From assembly GCA_964419615.1 (NCBI GenBank), contig CAYQPU010000012.1, forward strand, positions 1 to 41,290: DNA of 41,290 nucleotides, written 5' to 3'. The notes below the pieces were generated by a model. That model saw only the letters and a list, made by a program, of their open reading frames with translations. It made no database searches and had not been told where the DNA came from. A program made the position numbers and the translations under genes. The DNA is from an uncultured Methanosarcinales archaeon. Lineage in GTDB: Archaea > Nanobdellota > Nanobdellia > Woesearchaeales > JAGVZT01. The stretch's first letter is position 1, and each line of letters opens with the position of its first letter. This document shows positions 8,850 to 18,438 of the stretch, in pieces.

Positions 8850-9338
8850 TTATTTTAAGTACATAATGCTAATACCTGCAATAATGAGTATTGACGCTAG
8901 AACGTGCCACAGAGTTATTGACTCTTTTAGGAATATAAAACCTAAAATTGAACCTACAAGAACAGTTCCCCCCATTACCATAGGAATTGCTACTGATGCA
9001 CTGATCCCTTTTGAATAGACAAAAAAATAACTAATTTCTGCTACTCCAATACAAATTCCTGCCAATACTGCAAAAAGTATACCTTTTTTAGATACCAATA
9101 GTTCTGTTTTTGTTAATTTCAAATATAATAAAACTAATCCCCCAAAAATAGCTGCTGTAATCTGGAGTATTAATGCTCCCACAACTTGATGTATATCTCC
9201 AGATGATAGACTTATAAAAAAATTATACAATGCATAAAAAAGTAATACCATAATAATCAAAATTACCCAATTCATAAGTCCTATGTTAGCTGGTTTAAAT
9301 ATAAACTTTTCTATTAGTCTTAGCAAAACTTCCACCAT
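8850..9338 (-). CDS. EamA/DMT-family transporter
   Basis: About five hydrophobic segments with G.SAS.AIP...G..LVGSILGFIFLKESIT...LASILIIAGI; true start may be the internal MNW. Confidence 0.85.
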   Translation of the reverse strand: MVEVLLRLIEKFIFKPANIGLMNWVILIIMVLLFYALYNFFISLSSGDIHQVVGALILQITAAIFGGLVLLYLKLTKTELLVSKKGILFAVLAGICIGVAEISYFFVYSKGISASVAIPMVMGGTVLVGSILGFIFLKESITLWHVLASILIIAGISIMYLK

Positions 9339-9621
9339 CTTGAATCTCCGTGAGAATAGTATCTTGTTACTTATTTTCTCTTGGGAGTCAAAGCTTTTGT
9401 TTCATTTGAAACAATCTATTGAAATGTTGTTTTATTTTGGTCACTAATTATTTAAATCACTTACAACATCCTTATGTTTGATAGAAATGAGTACAAAAAT
9501 ACATTCAAACAAAGTTGAATTGGTTCTAGTTAGAAGAAGGTAGTTTTTGTTCATTGTTTATTCATAATTTTTTGTTTAGTCTATAGTTTTTGTTTAACAT
9601 TATGATTAAGGGGATTATAAA

Positions 9622-9933
9622 ATGAAGTTTATTAAAATTCAAAACACAGGAAAGGGAAAAGTCTTACGCACTGTCAAGTCTACTGATTTTGGCTTTGTTG
9701 AGAATGGTGCTATTTTTGTTAATGTGGAGAAGATTTGGAATAAGGCTGGGAGTTTTGGTAAGTTTGCTAATGAATTTAATGTTACTTGTTCACATGAGAT
9801 GCTGCATATTTTGATTGCAGATGAGATCGGGGAAACTGGATCTATTGTTGGTGAAGAGAAAACAGTTCGTTTGATAACCGGTGAGAAGTGGAACAAGAAG
9901 CTTGAGAAACAGTATATGGAGGATGAACCATGA
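9622..9933 (+). CDS. hypothetical protein with HExxH (zincin-like) motif
   Basis: CSHEMLHILI followed by GEE; ATGA overlap with the next gene. Confidence 0.7.
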   Translation: MKFIKIQNTGKGKVLRTVKSTDFGFVENGAIFVNVEKIWNKAGSFGKFANEFNVTCSHEMLHILIADEIGETGSIVGEEKTVRLITGEKWNKKLEKQYMEDEP

Positions 9934-10730
9934 CAAAAATAGTAAATCCATATTATGTCAAGTGGTATACCACACAAGAATTTGAATTAAGTGTAGTTAA
10001 TGGTTTAGTCTCAATTGATAATCTCACATTAACTTACTTTGAAAAGCATTTTGGTCCAGATAAAGGATACGGTCGTCAACCAAATATCATTGGACATGAA
10101 TCAACTACATTTGAATTTCCGGGACATATTGGTGAGATTTACTTTGGATTTATTGTAAATGAATATTTAAGTTTTAAAGGTCCGATAATTCCAATTAGTT
10201 TCTCAAATCTAACTGGGTTTTTCCAAGAGTTCCAGTATCACCAAGCTTTTGAGTTTGTAGGAGTTAAGGGATGCATTGAAAAAGGTGAGTTTTTGTCAGG
10301 CCTTTCTCAGAAAGTTCTAACTCAATTGTACGCTTCTACATTTTTGGAAATGGGAGAAACACCTATTAATTACACTAAGAGTCATGCAAACCTTTTGAAG
10401 ATGGTGTACAAGGGTGTTAAACTAAAGGTTAAAACATTTGATGAATCAAAAGATTTGATATCTTTAAAAAATAAACAAATCGTTTCTTTACAAAGAGTAG
10501 TCATGTATCCTTATGGAACGAGCCATAGCCCAAGTACACCAATTGGTTTGACTGAGTATATTGTTGATACTTTGGGATTATCTGATTTAGTTACTGCATA
10601 TGATGAGCAATTCTTAAATGCCTATGGGTTAAGTAGTGGTAATTTCTTGCATGTAAATGGTCAAGTACCTTTTGTTTTCAATGCTAATGATCTCATAATA
10701 TCTGAGGATGGAGGAATAAAAAATGGATGA
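9930..10730 (+). CDS. hypothetical protein
   Basis: 266-aa ORF overlapping both neighbours. Confidence 0.75.
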   Translation: MTKIVNPYYVKWYTTQEFELSVVNGLVSIDNLTLTYFEKHFGPDKGYGRQPNIIGHESTTFEFPGHIGEIYFGFIVNEYLSFKGPIIPISFSNLTGFFQEFQYHQAFEFVGVKGCIEKGEFLSGLSQKVLTQLYASTFLEMGETPINYTKSHANLLKMVYKGVKLKVKTFDESKDLISLKNKQIVSLQRVVMYPYGTSHSPSTPIGLTEYIVDTLGLSDLVTAYDEQFLNAYGLSSGNFLHVNGQVPFVFNANDLIISEDGGIKNG

Positions 10731-11040
10731 AGAATTAAATGGAATTTGGGCGAAGTTTGGGAATACCGGATCAAATTACAAAGTAATGGAATATGGTAAA
10801 GGGATATTTCAAATTCAACATCATTTGACACCCGGGCCTGTGATTGGTGGAGTTGTTGTGTATGATGCGGAGCAGAGTATTGTTGGAGTAATTCAGGACA
10901 TTGTGTGTTGGGATCCTTTGGAAATTGAGATCTATTCTGAGTTTGAAGGAAGAAAATTCACACATGAGATTGGCGAACACCCATCAGGAATAGAACCTCA
11001 AAGTATCCTATGGTATAAGGGTTCTATGAATGCTCCTTAA
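10723..11040 (+). CDS. hypothetical protein
   Basis: 105-aa ORF with GGAGG SD upstream. Confidence 0.7.
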   Translation: MDEELNGIWAKFGNTGSNYKVMEYGKGIFQIQHHLTPGPVIGGVVVYDAEQSIVGVIQDIVCWDPLEIEIYSEFEGRKFTHEIGEHPSGIEPQSILWYKGSMNAP

Positions 11041-11065
11041 ATAAGAAGAATATGGAGGAAGAAAA

Positions 11066-11263
11066 ATGGAAGGAAGTGAATTGTATTTTGTTGCCCATTC
11101 TAATGGGTACCTTGTAGTAGGAATATCTCCTGATGAAATGTATCTTTATGATAGTGTTGTTACAAAACCACTTAATGGATTGGATACTGAATTTTCTGAA
11201 GGGGATATTGTTTCACATAAGGAGATTTCAGATTTAATTAAGGGAGAATATCTTTTAGGTTAA
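11066..11263 (+). CDS. hypothetical protein
   Basis: 65-aa ORF with GGAGG at 11054-11058. Confidence 0.6.
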   Translation: MEGSELYFVAHSNGYLVVGISPDEMYLYDSVVTKPLNGLDTEFSEGDIVSHKEISDLIKGEYLLG

Positions 11264-11281
11264 TTAATGGAGGTATAGAGA

Positions 11282-12520
11282 ATGAAACAAAAAATATCTA
11301 GTTATGAAGCAGAACCAAGTGAAGTGAATAAAGTCGTGCTGTTGTTTTCAGGTGGGCTTGACACTTCTTGTATGGTTAAATGGATTGAGGAAAAGTATGA
11401 TGCAGAGGTTATTACTCTGACAATTGATGTTGGTCAGCCTGGGATTGATATGCAGGCAACTAAACAAAAGGCTTTGAAATTGGGTGCTACTAAAGCTTTT
11501 ATTGTGGATGCCAAAGAAGAGTTTGCAAAAGAGTACATTACTAAAGCTATTAAGTGTAATGCTTTGTATCAGGATGCTTATCCATTAAGTACTGCAATTG
11601 CCAGACCTTTGAAAGCTAAGTATGCTGTGAAGATTGCTAAGCAAGAAGGTGCGGATGCTATTGCTCATGGTTCAACTGGAAAGGGTAATGATCAAGTGAG
11701 ATTTGATATTAGTATTGTTACTTTAGATCCTGATATGAAGATCATTGCACCTGTTCGTGAATGGTCTATGGGTCGTGATGAGGAGTTGGAGTATGCTAAA
11801 AAGCATGGAATTCCACTTCCATCTAATCAGGGAGAGTATTCAACTGATGAGAATCTTTGGGGAAAGAGTTCAGAGTGTGGTATTTTAGAGCATCCAGAAG
11901 AAGCTCCACCTGAAGATGTTTTTCAGTTTGTGACTGTTCCTGAAAAGGCTCCAGATAAATCTGAGGTTGTCGAGGTTGAGTTTGAGCAAGGAATTCCTAT
12001 TATGTTAAATGGGAAAAAATTGATATTGTGGAAGCTTGTGGAGGAATTAAACTCAATTGGGTGCAAGCATGGTGTTGGAATTATTGACCATATGGAAGAT
12101 CGTGTTGTTGGGTTAAAGTCAAGAGAAGTTTATGAGTGTCCTGCGGCTGTGATCTTGATTAAGGCTCATAAGGATCTTGAGAAGTTTACTTCAACTATTC
12201 ATCAGAATAAACTTAAACCAATGATTGACCAAAAGTGGGGAGAGATGGCTTATTATGGACTATGGTTTGATCCTTTGATGAAGTCTTTGGAGTCTTTTGC
12301 TGACACTATGAATGAGAAAGTATGTGGCAAGGTTAAAGTTAAGTTGTATAAAGGCAAAGCTACTATTGTTGGACGTGAGTCTAAGAATGCTCTTTATGAT
12401 TTGAACTTGGCAACTTATTAGAAGAAGCAGAGTTTTAATCAGCTAGCCTCACCAGGTTTTATTGAGTTGTTTGGTCTGCAGACCAAGCTTATTAACCAGA
12501 TTCATGGTGGTGTAAAATGA
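11282..12520 (+). CDS. argG: argininosuccinate synthase; in-frame TAG at 12419-12421, homology continues to TGA at 12520
   Basis: LLFSGGLDTS, HGSTGKGNDQVRF, YSTDENLWG and KSREVYECP. After TAG the frame reads KKQSFNQLASPGFIELFGLQTKL (ArgG C-terminal helix) and ends in an ATGA overlap with argH. Confidence 0.93.
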
Positions 12521-13854
12521 GTAAGCTGTGGGGTGGTGGTTTTGATAAGAAGCCAAAAGAAAAAGCGGTTTTGTTCGCTGCTGGTAGAGATGTTAAAGAG
12601 CTGCCCATGGCTGATTCAATATTAATTCCATATGAGATAAAAGCTAGCAAAGCTTGGGTTAAGATGCTTTTTGAGCAGGAACTTATTAATCAAGTTGAAA
12701 AAAACAAATTACTAGATGGTTTGGATTTGCTTGAAGACAAATACAATAAAGGTGAGCTCAAGCTTGACCCAGTTCTGGAGGATGTACAAACCAATATTGA
12801 GGCTTTTTTAACTGAGCTTTTGGGAGAAGAAATTGCTGGGAAGATTCACACAGGAAGATCTAGAACTGAACAGGCGATTGTTGAAATTATATTGTATCTT
12901 AAGGAATTCAATGACCAGTATAAATTGAAGGTAATGGAGCTTATCAAATGTTTAGAAGGAAGTTCAATTAAATATAAGGATGCACTGATTCCTGGATATA
13001 CTCACCACCAACGTGCAACTGTAACTACCCTTGGTAGAGTGTTTGATTGTTATGGTAAGGAGTTTGAGAAAGATCTTAAGAGATTTGAAATGTGGAACCT
13101 GATTGAGGAAGTTAGTCCTTTAGGTAGTGCTGCGGGTTATGGTAGCTCCTTGCCGGTTGATAAAATTAAAATGAATAAACATCTTGGTTTAAAGAAAGTG
13201 TTTGACAATGAGATTCAAGCTATTGCTTTTAAGGGTGATGCTGAGTGCCAAATGGTTTTCAACTTAGCAATGTTTATGAATCATATTTCATCTTTGGCTC
13301 AGACTTTGATTATGTTCAGTACAAAGGAGTTTGGGTTTGTTAAGATTAGTGACGAGTTTTGTACTGGTAGTTCTATTATGCCACAGAAAAAAAATCCAGA
13401 TTCATTAGAAGTTATGAAAGCTAAAGCTGCTATGTGTCATGGTTATTTGATGAGTTTATTGAGTATGATGAAAGGAAGTTTTATAGGTTATAATAGAGAT
13501 ATGCAATGGAGTAAATACGCTGTCATGGATGCAATTACTGAAATTGAATTAGTACCTGAAATTATGGCTGGAGTAGTTGATTCTCTTGAATTTGATGATA
13601 AGAAAGCAAAGTCAGATCTAAGTGGATTTATCCTGGCTCAACCAATAATGGAAGGGTTGATTATGGATTATAAAATTCCAATGAGAATAGCAAAGATTGT
13701 TGTCGAGCAAACGGTTAAAATTTCTGATGAAAAAATTGTCCTAAGTGATTTAAATAAAGTACTCAAAGAGAACAAACTGGATTCTCAAGTATCTCAAACT
13801 GATTTTAATGAATGGACAAATTTAAATACTATTATTAAGAATCAACACAAGTAA
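12517..13854 (+). CDS. argH: argininosuccinate lyase
   Basis: KLWGG, KIHTGRSR.EQ, PGYTHHQRA, GSSIMPQKKNPD and GYNRDMQ. Confidence 0.95.
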   Translation: MSKLWGGGFDKKPKEKAVLFAAGRDVKELPMADSILIPYEIKASKAWVKMLFEQELINQVEKNKLLDGLDLLEDKYNKGELKLDPVLEDVQTNIEAFLTELLGEEIAGKIHTGRSRTEQAIVEIILYLKEFNDQYKLKVMELIKCLEGSSIKYKDALIPGYTHHQRATVTTLGRVFDCYGKEFEKDLKRFEMWNLIEEVSPLGSAAGYGSSLPVDKIKMNKHLGLKKVFDNEIQAIAFKGDAECQMVFNLAMFMNHISSLAQTLIMFSTKEFGFVKISDEFCTGSSIMPQKKNPDSLEVMKAKAAMCHGYLMSLLSMMKGSFIGYNRDMQWSKYAVMDAITEIELVPEIMAGVVDSLEFDDKKAKSDLSGFILAQPIMEGLIMDYKIPMRIAKIVVEQTVKISDEKIVLSDLNKVLKENKLDSQVSQTDFNEWTNLNTIIKNQHK

Positions 13855-13863
13855 GGTGGTACT

Positions 13864-14799
13864 ATGAAAAAAGATTTACTTGATCTGAGTGGAATTTCAA
13901 AAGAAGATATGTTAAAGATTATTGATTTAGCTGATGACATTAAAAAGAATCCTGAGAATTATTCTGAATCTTTGAAAGGCAAGACACTATTGATGATTTT
14001 TGCAAAGCCTTCTCTTAGAACTAGAGTTAGTTTTGAAGTTGGTATGACAAAGCTTGGAGGGCATGCGATTTATTATGATATTGCAACCTCTCCACTTGGA
14101 AAAAAGGAGACTATTGAGGATACTGCCAAGTGTGTTTCAAGGTATTGTGATATTATCATGGCTAGATTATTTGAGCATGAAGACATTATTAAATTAGCAG
14201 ACAATGCGAGTATTCCAGTTATTAATGCTTTAACAAATTATTCTCATCCTTGCCAGATCTGGGGAGATTTGCAAGCAATTAGAGAGAAGAAAGGAAAACT
14301 TAAAGGATTAAAACTTGCATATTTTGGAGATAGTAATAATAACATCACTCATTCATTAATGTTTGGGTGTGCAATTATGGGTATAGATATTTCTATTGGT
14401 TGTCCAGAAGGTGAGGAATATGAACCATTGCCAAAGGTAGTTGAAAAGACAAAAGAGCTTGCAGCAATTTCTGGATCAAAAGTTTTAATCACACATGATG
14501 CACAAGAAGCTGTTAATGATGCTGATATTGTCTATACTGATTCATGGATGTCTTATCACATTCCAGAGGATCAAAAAGAGGCAAGAATGAAAGTATTCAT
14601 GCCTTATCAGGTTAATAGCAAACTAATGCAACTTGCAAAACCAGATGCAATTTTTATGAATAATTTACCTGCAATTAGAGGTATGGAACAAACAGCTGAT
14701 GTTATTGATGGTCCGCAGAGTATTGTGTTTGATGAGGCTGAGAATAGACTTCATATTCAGAATGCGATTATGTTGTGGTTGCTTGGTAAAAAGTTGTGA
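13864..14799 (+). CDS. argF: ornithine carbamoyltransferase (SYH-type variant)
   Basis: PSLRTRVSFE, HPCQ and AENRLH; DSWMSYH and MNNLPA replace the usual D...SMG and HCLP. Confidence 0.88.
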   Translation: MKKDLLDLSGISKEDMLKIIDLADDIKKNPENYSESLKGKTLLMIFAKPSLRTRVSFEVGMTKLGGHAIYYDIATSPLGKKETIEDTAKCVSRYCDIIMARLFEHEDIIKLADNASIPVINALTNYSHPCQIWGDLQAIREKKGKLKGLKLAYFGDSNNNITHSLMFGCAIMGIDISIGCPEGEEYEPLPKVVEKTKELAAISGSKVLITHDAQEAVNDADIVYTDSWMSYHIPEDQKEARMKVFMPYQVNSKLMQLAKPDAIFMNNLPAIRGMEQTADVIDGPQSIVFDEAENRLHIQNAIMLWLLGKKL

Positions 14800-14871
14800 T
14801 TAGTTGTTTGCACATTCCAAAGTAGTAAACTAACAAAAACCTTTATTAATTCTATTTAAAACCCCCTTATT

Positions 14872-15795
14872 ATGGACGATAATTACAAAGCAACTCTTAA
14901 AGATCCTCTTATGAAAGAAAGATTGTTTCGAATAGAGAATATTGATGCTATTGAGGATATACTTGATAGAGAAATTCGAGAGCTAAATAGATTAGAGAGA
15001 TTAGAGCAGAATGGTAAATTGGATTTTGGTGAAACTTTGTCTCTGTTGGAATTAAGAGAGACTTTCCCAGGTGTTTGTACTGAAGTTAATAGCATTTTAC
15101 AGATCCCAAACCAAGATACTCCACAAATTGAGTATTTCAAGTTAATCAATAATAAGCCACTATCTTATTATATATTGGCAAAATATACCTTATCAGCTGC
15201 TAGTTATATTACAGGAGTAGTTGCGATGCATACTGGTTGGAATTCTGATTTCACTAAGTTTTATTTATTTGGTGGTTTTATTCAATTTGTTTTAGGGATT
15301 CTTACCCATGTGCATCTTAAAGGGAGCAGTTATTCAAGATCTTCAAAAAAAGTTGTTCTTGATGAAAAAAAAGAAGTGAATGCTGTTTCTGCTTCAGGTC
15401 ATGAATATGTCCATTTTATTCAAGATAAAGAAGAGATTCCTCTTAATAATTTTCAAATTTTTTTAGAAGGTCATGCAATTGGAACACATAAACAACATGT
15501 TGCATTAAGATGTGAGAAAGAAGATAATGAGGCTTATCTGTATAATAGAGCACAGTATAATGTATCAGAATTAAGAAGTGCATACTTATGTTTATGCTCT
15601 GATTTGGAAATTAAGCCTCGTAGATCCTTATTGCAGAATAACCTGATTAATACTTTGAGAAAAGATAAAGAACTTATGATTGTGAAAAATGCAAGTTCCC
15701 ATTCTATTGGTAATGCACTTTTTTCCATTTATGAAGCAATTCATGGCAAAGACATCTATAGACAAATGATTCATGGAGAATTTGTTTTTACATAG
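14872..15795 (+). CDS. hypothetical membrane protein with gluzincin-like motif
   Basis: Two hydrophobic segments, then GHEYVHFIQ and FLEGHA. Confidence 0.7.
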   Translation: MDDNYKATLKDPLMKERLFRIENIDAIEDILDREIRELNRLERLEQNGKLDFGETLSLLELRETFPGVCTEVNSILQIPNQDTPQIEYFKLINNKPLSYYILAKYTLSAASYITGVVAMHTGWNSDFTKFYLFGGFIQFVLGILTHVHLKGSSYSRSSKKVVLDEKKEVNAVSASGHEYVHFIQDKEEIPLNNFQIFLEGHAIGTHKQHVALRCEKEDNEAYLYNRAQYNVSELRSAYLCLCSDLEIKPRRSLLQNNLINTLRKDKELMIVKNASSHSIGNALFSIYEAIHGKDIYRQMIHGEFVFT

Positions 15796-15894
15796 TAAAT
15801 ATAATTGATGTTTTGTTTTACAATAATCTATTTAAACAGCTTTCTTTAGCAGATAGAATAGATTATAAAAAAGAAACAGCAAATAACGGAAAAA

Positions 15895-16539
15895 TTATTC
15901 CCAATACCCCTCAAAATGGTTAGTAGCTACCATCTGATCAATTGATTTTAAACCTGAAACATCATTATTTAGGAAGTCTACTTGTTTTAAAATATCACGT
16001 CCGCATTCAGCATTAATTCCAACGTATGCTCTCATAACAGGGAATTTTGTAGATCCATCACCAGCTAAGTATAAGTATCGATCGGAACCAACTTTTACTA
16101 AATGCGCACCCAAATTTTCTTCACCCAAAGTAACTATAGCTGCTTCAACTCCACGGTTTTCAGGTGTTATCATTCCACCAACATATACATTCCAAGCTTC
16201 CATAAGCTGAGGATAGAGTACTTGTTTATCAACATATTCTAGATCAATTTCTTCTCTGGTTAGCATATCACCAGTACCTGCTACTAATTTACTGCAAGAG
16301 GTATTAACTCCAAAGTATACTCTTTGAACAGGATGATTTCTATTTTCCAGTCCAGATGTGGAGGCATTTTGTTTCCCAGTTATTGAAGTGAACAGATCCA
16401 TATCCATTTCATCATCAATAGACAGATCATTAACACTGAATACTCCTTGTTCATCTTTTCTAATAACAACTGCGTTATAACCTATATCATCATTACCAAC
16501 AAATGCACCTTTAAATTGCCAACCTATATAGACTTTCAT
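15895..16539 (-). CDS. hypothetical protein
   Basis: 214-aa ORF with TTTATAAG about 25 nt upstream; no family recognised. Confidence 0.7.
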   Translation of the reverse strand: MKVYIGWQFKGAFVGNDDIGYNAVVIRKDEQGVFSVNDLSIDDEMDMDLFTSITGKQNASTSGLENRNHPVQRVYFGVNTSCSKLVAGTGDMLTREEIDLEYVDKQVLYPQLMEAWNVYVGGMITPENRGVEAAIVTLGEENLGAHLVKVGSDRYLYLAGDGSTKFPVMRAYVGINAECGRDILKQVDFLNNDVSGLKSIDQMVATNHFEGYWE

Positions 16540-16610
16540 AGTATGTGGGATAAGATTTCAGCTTATAAATGTTTTGGTTTGATACCACTATAAAGTGTAA
16601 ACAAAAAGAA

Positions 16611-16748
16611 TGCCGGTGATGGGATCTGAACCCATGACCTCCACGTGACTCAGTGCTATATCATTGGCAATAATGCCTCAAAGCTCAAACATATGAGCGT
16701 GGCGCTCTAAGTACCCGCTTGATCAGCTCCAGGCTGAGCTACACCGGC
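16611..16748 (-). tRNA. tRNA-Met(CAT), probably elongator, with two introns (19/20: 16711-16728; 37/38: 16647-16691)
   Basis: Mature 75 nt: GCCGGTG TA GCTC AGCCTGG|TTA GAGC G CCACG CT CAT A|A CGTGG AGGTC ATGGG TTCAGAT CCCAT CACCGGC A. Both introns fold as bulge-helix-bulge; TATA at about 16768-16781. G1-C72 argues against initiator; C2-G71 favours Met over Ile2 (inference). Confidence 0.92.
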
Positions 16749-16974
16749 TTAAGTATGGGGTTAAAAGTTATTTATATAAATCTTATGAAAAAATATGTTT
16801 TTTGTGCTTTATCATATCAAAACAAATATAAACTACCTTTAATCTCAATTAATTATGAGTCTTACAATTAATATTAATAATACTGATTGTGATAGCCAGT
16901 AGGCTGCTCATTGTTTTTCTATTCGTTTTACATTTTAGTTCAATTTATCAGAACGAATAGTGGAAGGTACAGAA

Positions 16975-18438
16975 ATGGAAATTCCAAGATGTATGTCAAC
17001 ACAGCACCCGGATAATGCAAAACAACCGTTCTTTGCAGAGAATAGTGTTCTTAACGGTAATGAGGAGATTAAAGAGGCTTATTATGCTTATTCTCATTTT
17101 AATTGCACTGAACAGTTGTGGGATTGTGAAGGCAAGGAAGTCGACAGTTTTGTTATAAAAAAGTTGTTTGACAAGTATGGTTCTTTTTTTAAAGGAAAAA
17201 AATTAGGTGAGGATTTGTTTTTGACATTAAGGGTTCCAAACCCTAGTGTTGAAAAAGTTGAAGCAAAGGTTTTACTTGAGACTCTTGAATCTATTCCAAG
17301 GTCTAGTGATGCAGCCAGGATTTTTTATGAAGAGGACACTATCCCTATTTTTGAGATTTCAGTACCCATGGTCACTTCTGCTAGTGAGCTTACAAGGATA
17401 TCTGAGTACTACAAAAAGATTGTAGTTGGAAAGCAATATCGCGTCTTAGCTGATATGAAGATAAAAGATTGGATTGGTAAGTTTCAGCCAGATAGTATCA
17501 GAATAATTCCTTTGATTGAGACTAAGGAAGCAATGCTTGATTCTACAGAGATTGTGAGAGAGTTTATTACCAAGAATAAAGTTGAGGATTATATTAGGGT
17601 TTGGTTAGCAAGGTCTGATCCTGCTCTTAATTATAGCTCACTTGCTGCTGTTTTGATTAACAAGATTTCACTCCAGAGATTACATATGCTGGAGCAAGAG
17701 GAATCTATTAAAGTATTCCCAATTATTGGCTGCGGTTCAGCTCCTTTTAGGGGAAACTTAACTCCTGCCAATGTTGATGAATTAATAAGCGGTTATTCTA
17801 GTGTGCAGACTTTTACTTTGCAATCTGCATTTAAGTATGATTACCCTGTTGAAGATGTTAAATCTGCTGTTGAAAAAATAAATAATACAAAAAGAAAAGA
17901 ACCAATTGATGTTGAGGAAGAGAGATGTTTAAGGATTATTGAAAGATTATCTGATGCGTATACAAAGCAGGTTATGTTAGTAGCTCCACTTGTCAATGAG
18001 CTTGTAAAGTTTGTGCCAAAGAGGAGGATGAGAAAACTCCATATAGGATTATTTGGGTATTCAAGGGATAAAGGAAATATTCAGTTGCCAAGGGCGATTG
18101 GTTTTTGCGCTTCGCTTTATTCTGCCGGACTTCCTCCCGAGATCCTTGGGTTGAGTGCTTTACAGAGCAAAGATTTAGAGTGTTTGGAAAGTGTTTATAA
18201 AAGTTTTAGATCAGATACTCAAGATGCTTTAAAGTATTTGAATAAAGACAATTTTAAGTATTTCCCAAAACATTTAATAAATCAAGTCAACAAATCATTA
18301 GAATTGTTTAACTTTGAGATTGATGAGGATCATAAATCCATAACACGTGAAATCATGGAAAGTACGAGGCTTGGCAAGACTTCTCTGGTTTCAGAAAAAG
18401 TTCTTGAAGCGGCTATGATCAGGAGGTTTTTAGGTTGA
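16975..18438 (+). CDS. ppcA: archaeal-type phosphoenolpyruvate carboxylase
   Basis: IPRCMSTQHPDNA, LWDCEGK, RVPNP, RVWLARSDPALNY, GCGSAPFRG and LPRAIGFCASLYS.G.PPE. Confidence 0.95.
   Translation: MEIPRCMSTQHPDNAKQPFFAENSVLNGNEEIKEAYYAYSHFNCTEQLWDCEGKEVDSFVIKKLFDKYGSFFKGKKLGEDLFLTLRVPNPSVEKVEAKVLLETLESIPRSSDAARIFYEEDTIPIFEISVPMVTSASELTRISEYYKKIVVGKQYRVLADMKIKDWIGKFQPDSIRIIPLIETKEAMLDSTEIVREFITKNKVEDYIRVWLARSDPALNYSSLAAVLINKISLQRLHMLEQEESIKVFPIIGCGSAPFRGNLTPANVDELISGYSSVQTFTLQSAFKYDYPVEDVKSAVEKINNTKRKEPIDVEEERCLRIIERLSDAYTKQVMLVAPLVNELVKFVPKRRMRKLHIGLFGYSRDKGNIQLPRAIGFCASLYSAGLPPEILGLSALQSKDLECLESVYKSFRSDTQDALKYLNKDNFKYFPKHLINQVNKSLELFNFEIDEDHKSITREIMESTRLGKTSLVSEKVLEAAMIRRFLG

Noticed and set aside
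16647-16691. C/D-box guide RNA in the tRNA-Met intron
   Set aside because: CTGA is present, but the C box (ATGATAT) is imperfect and only 4 nt away, leaving no guide region.
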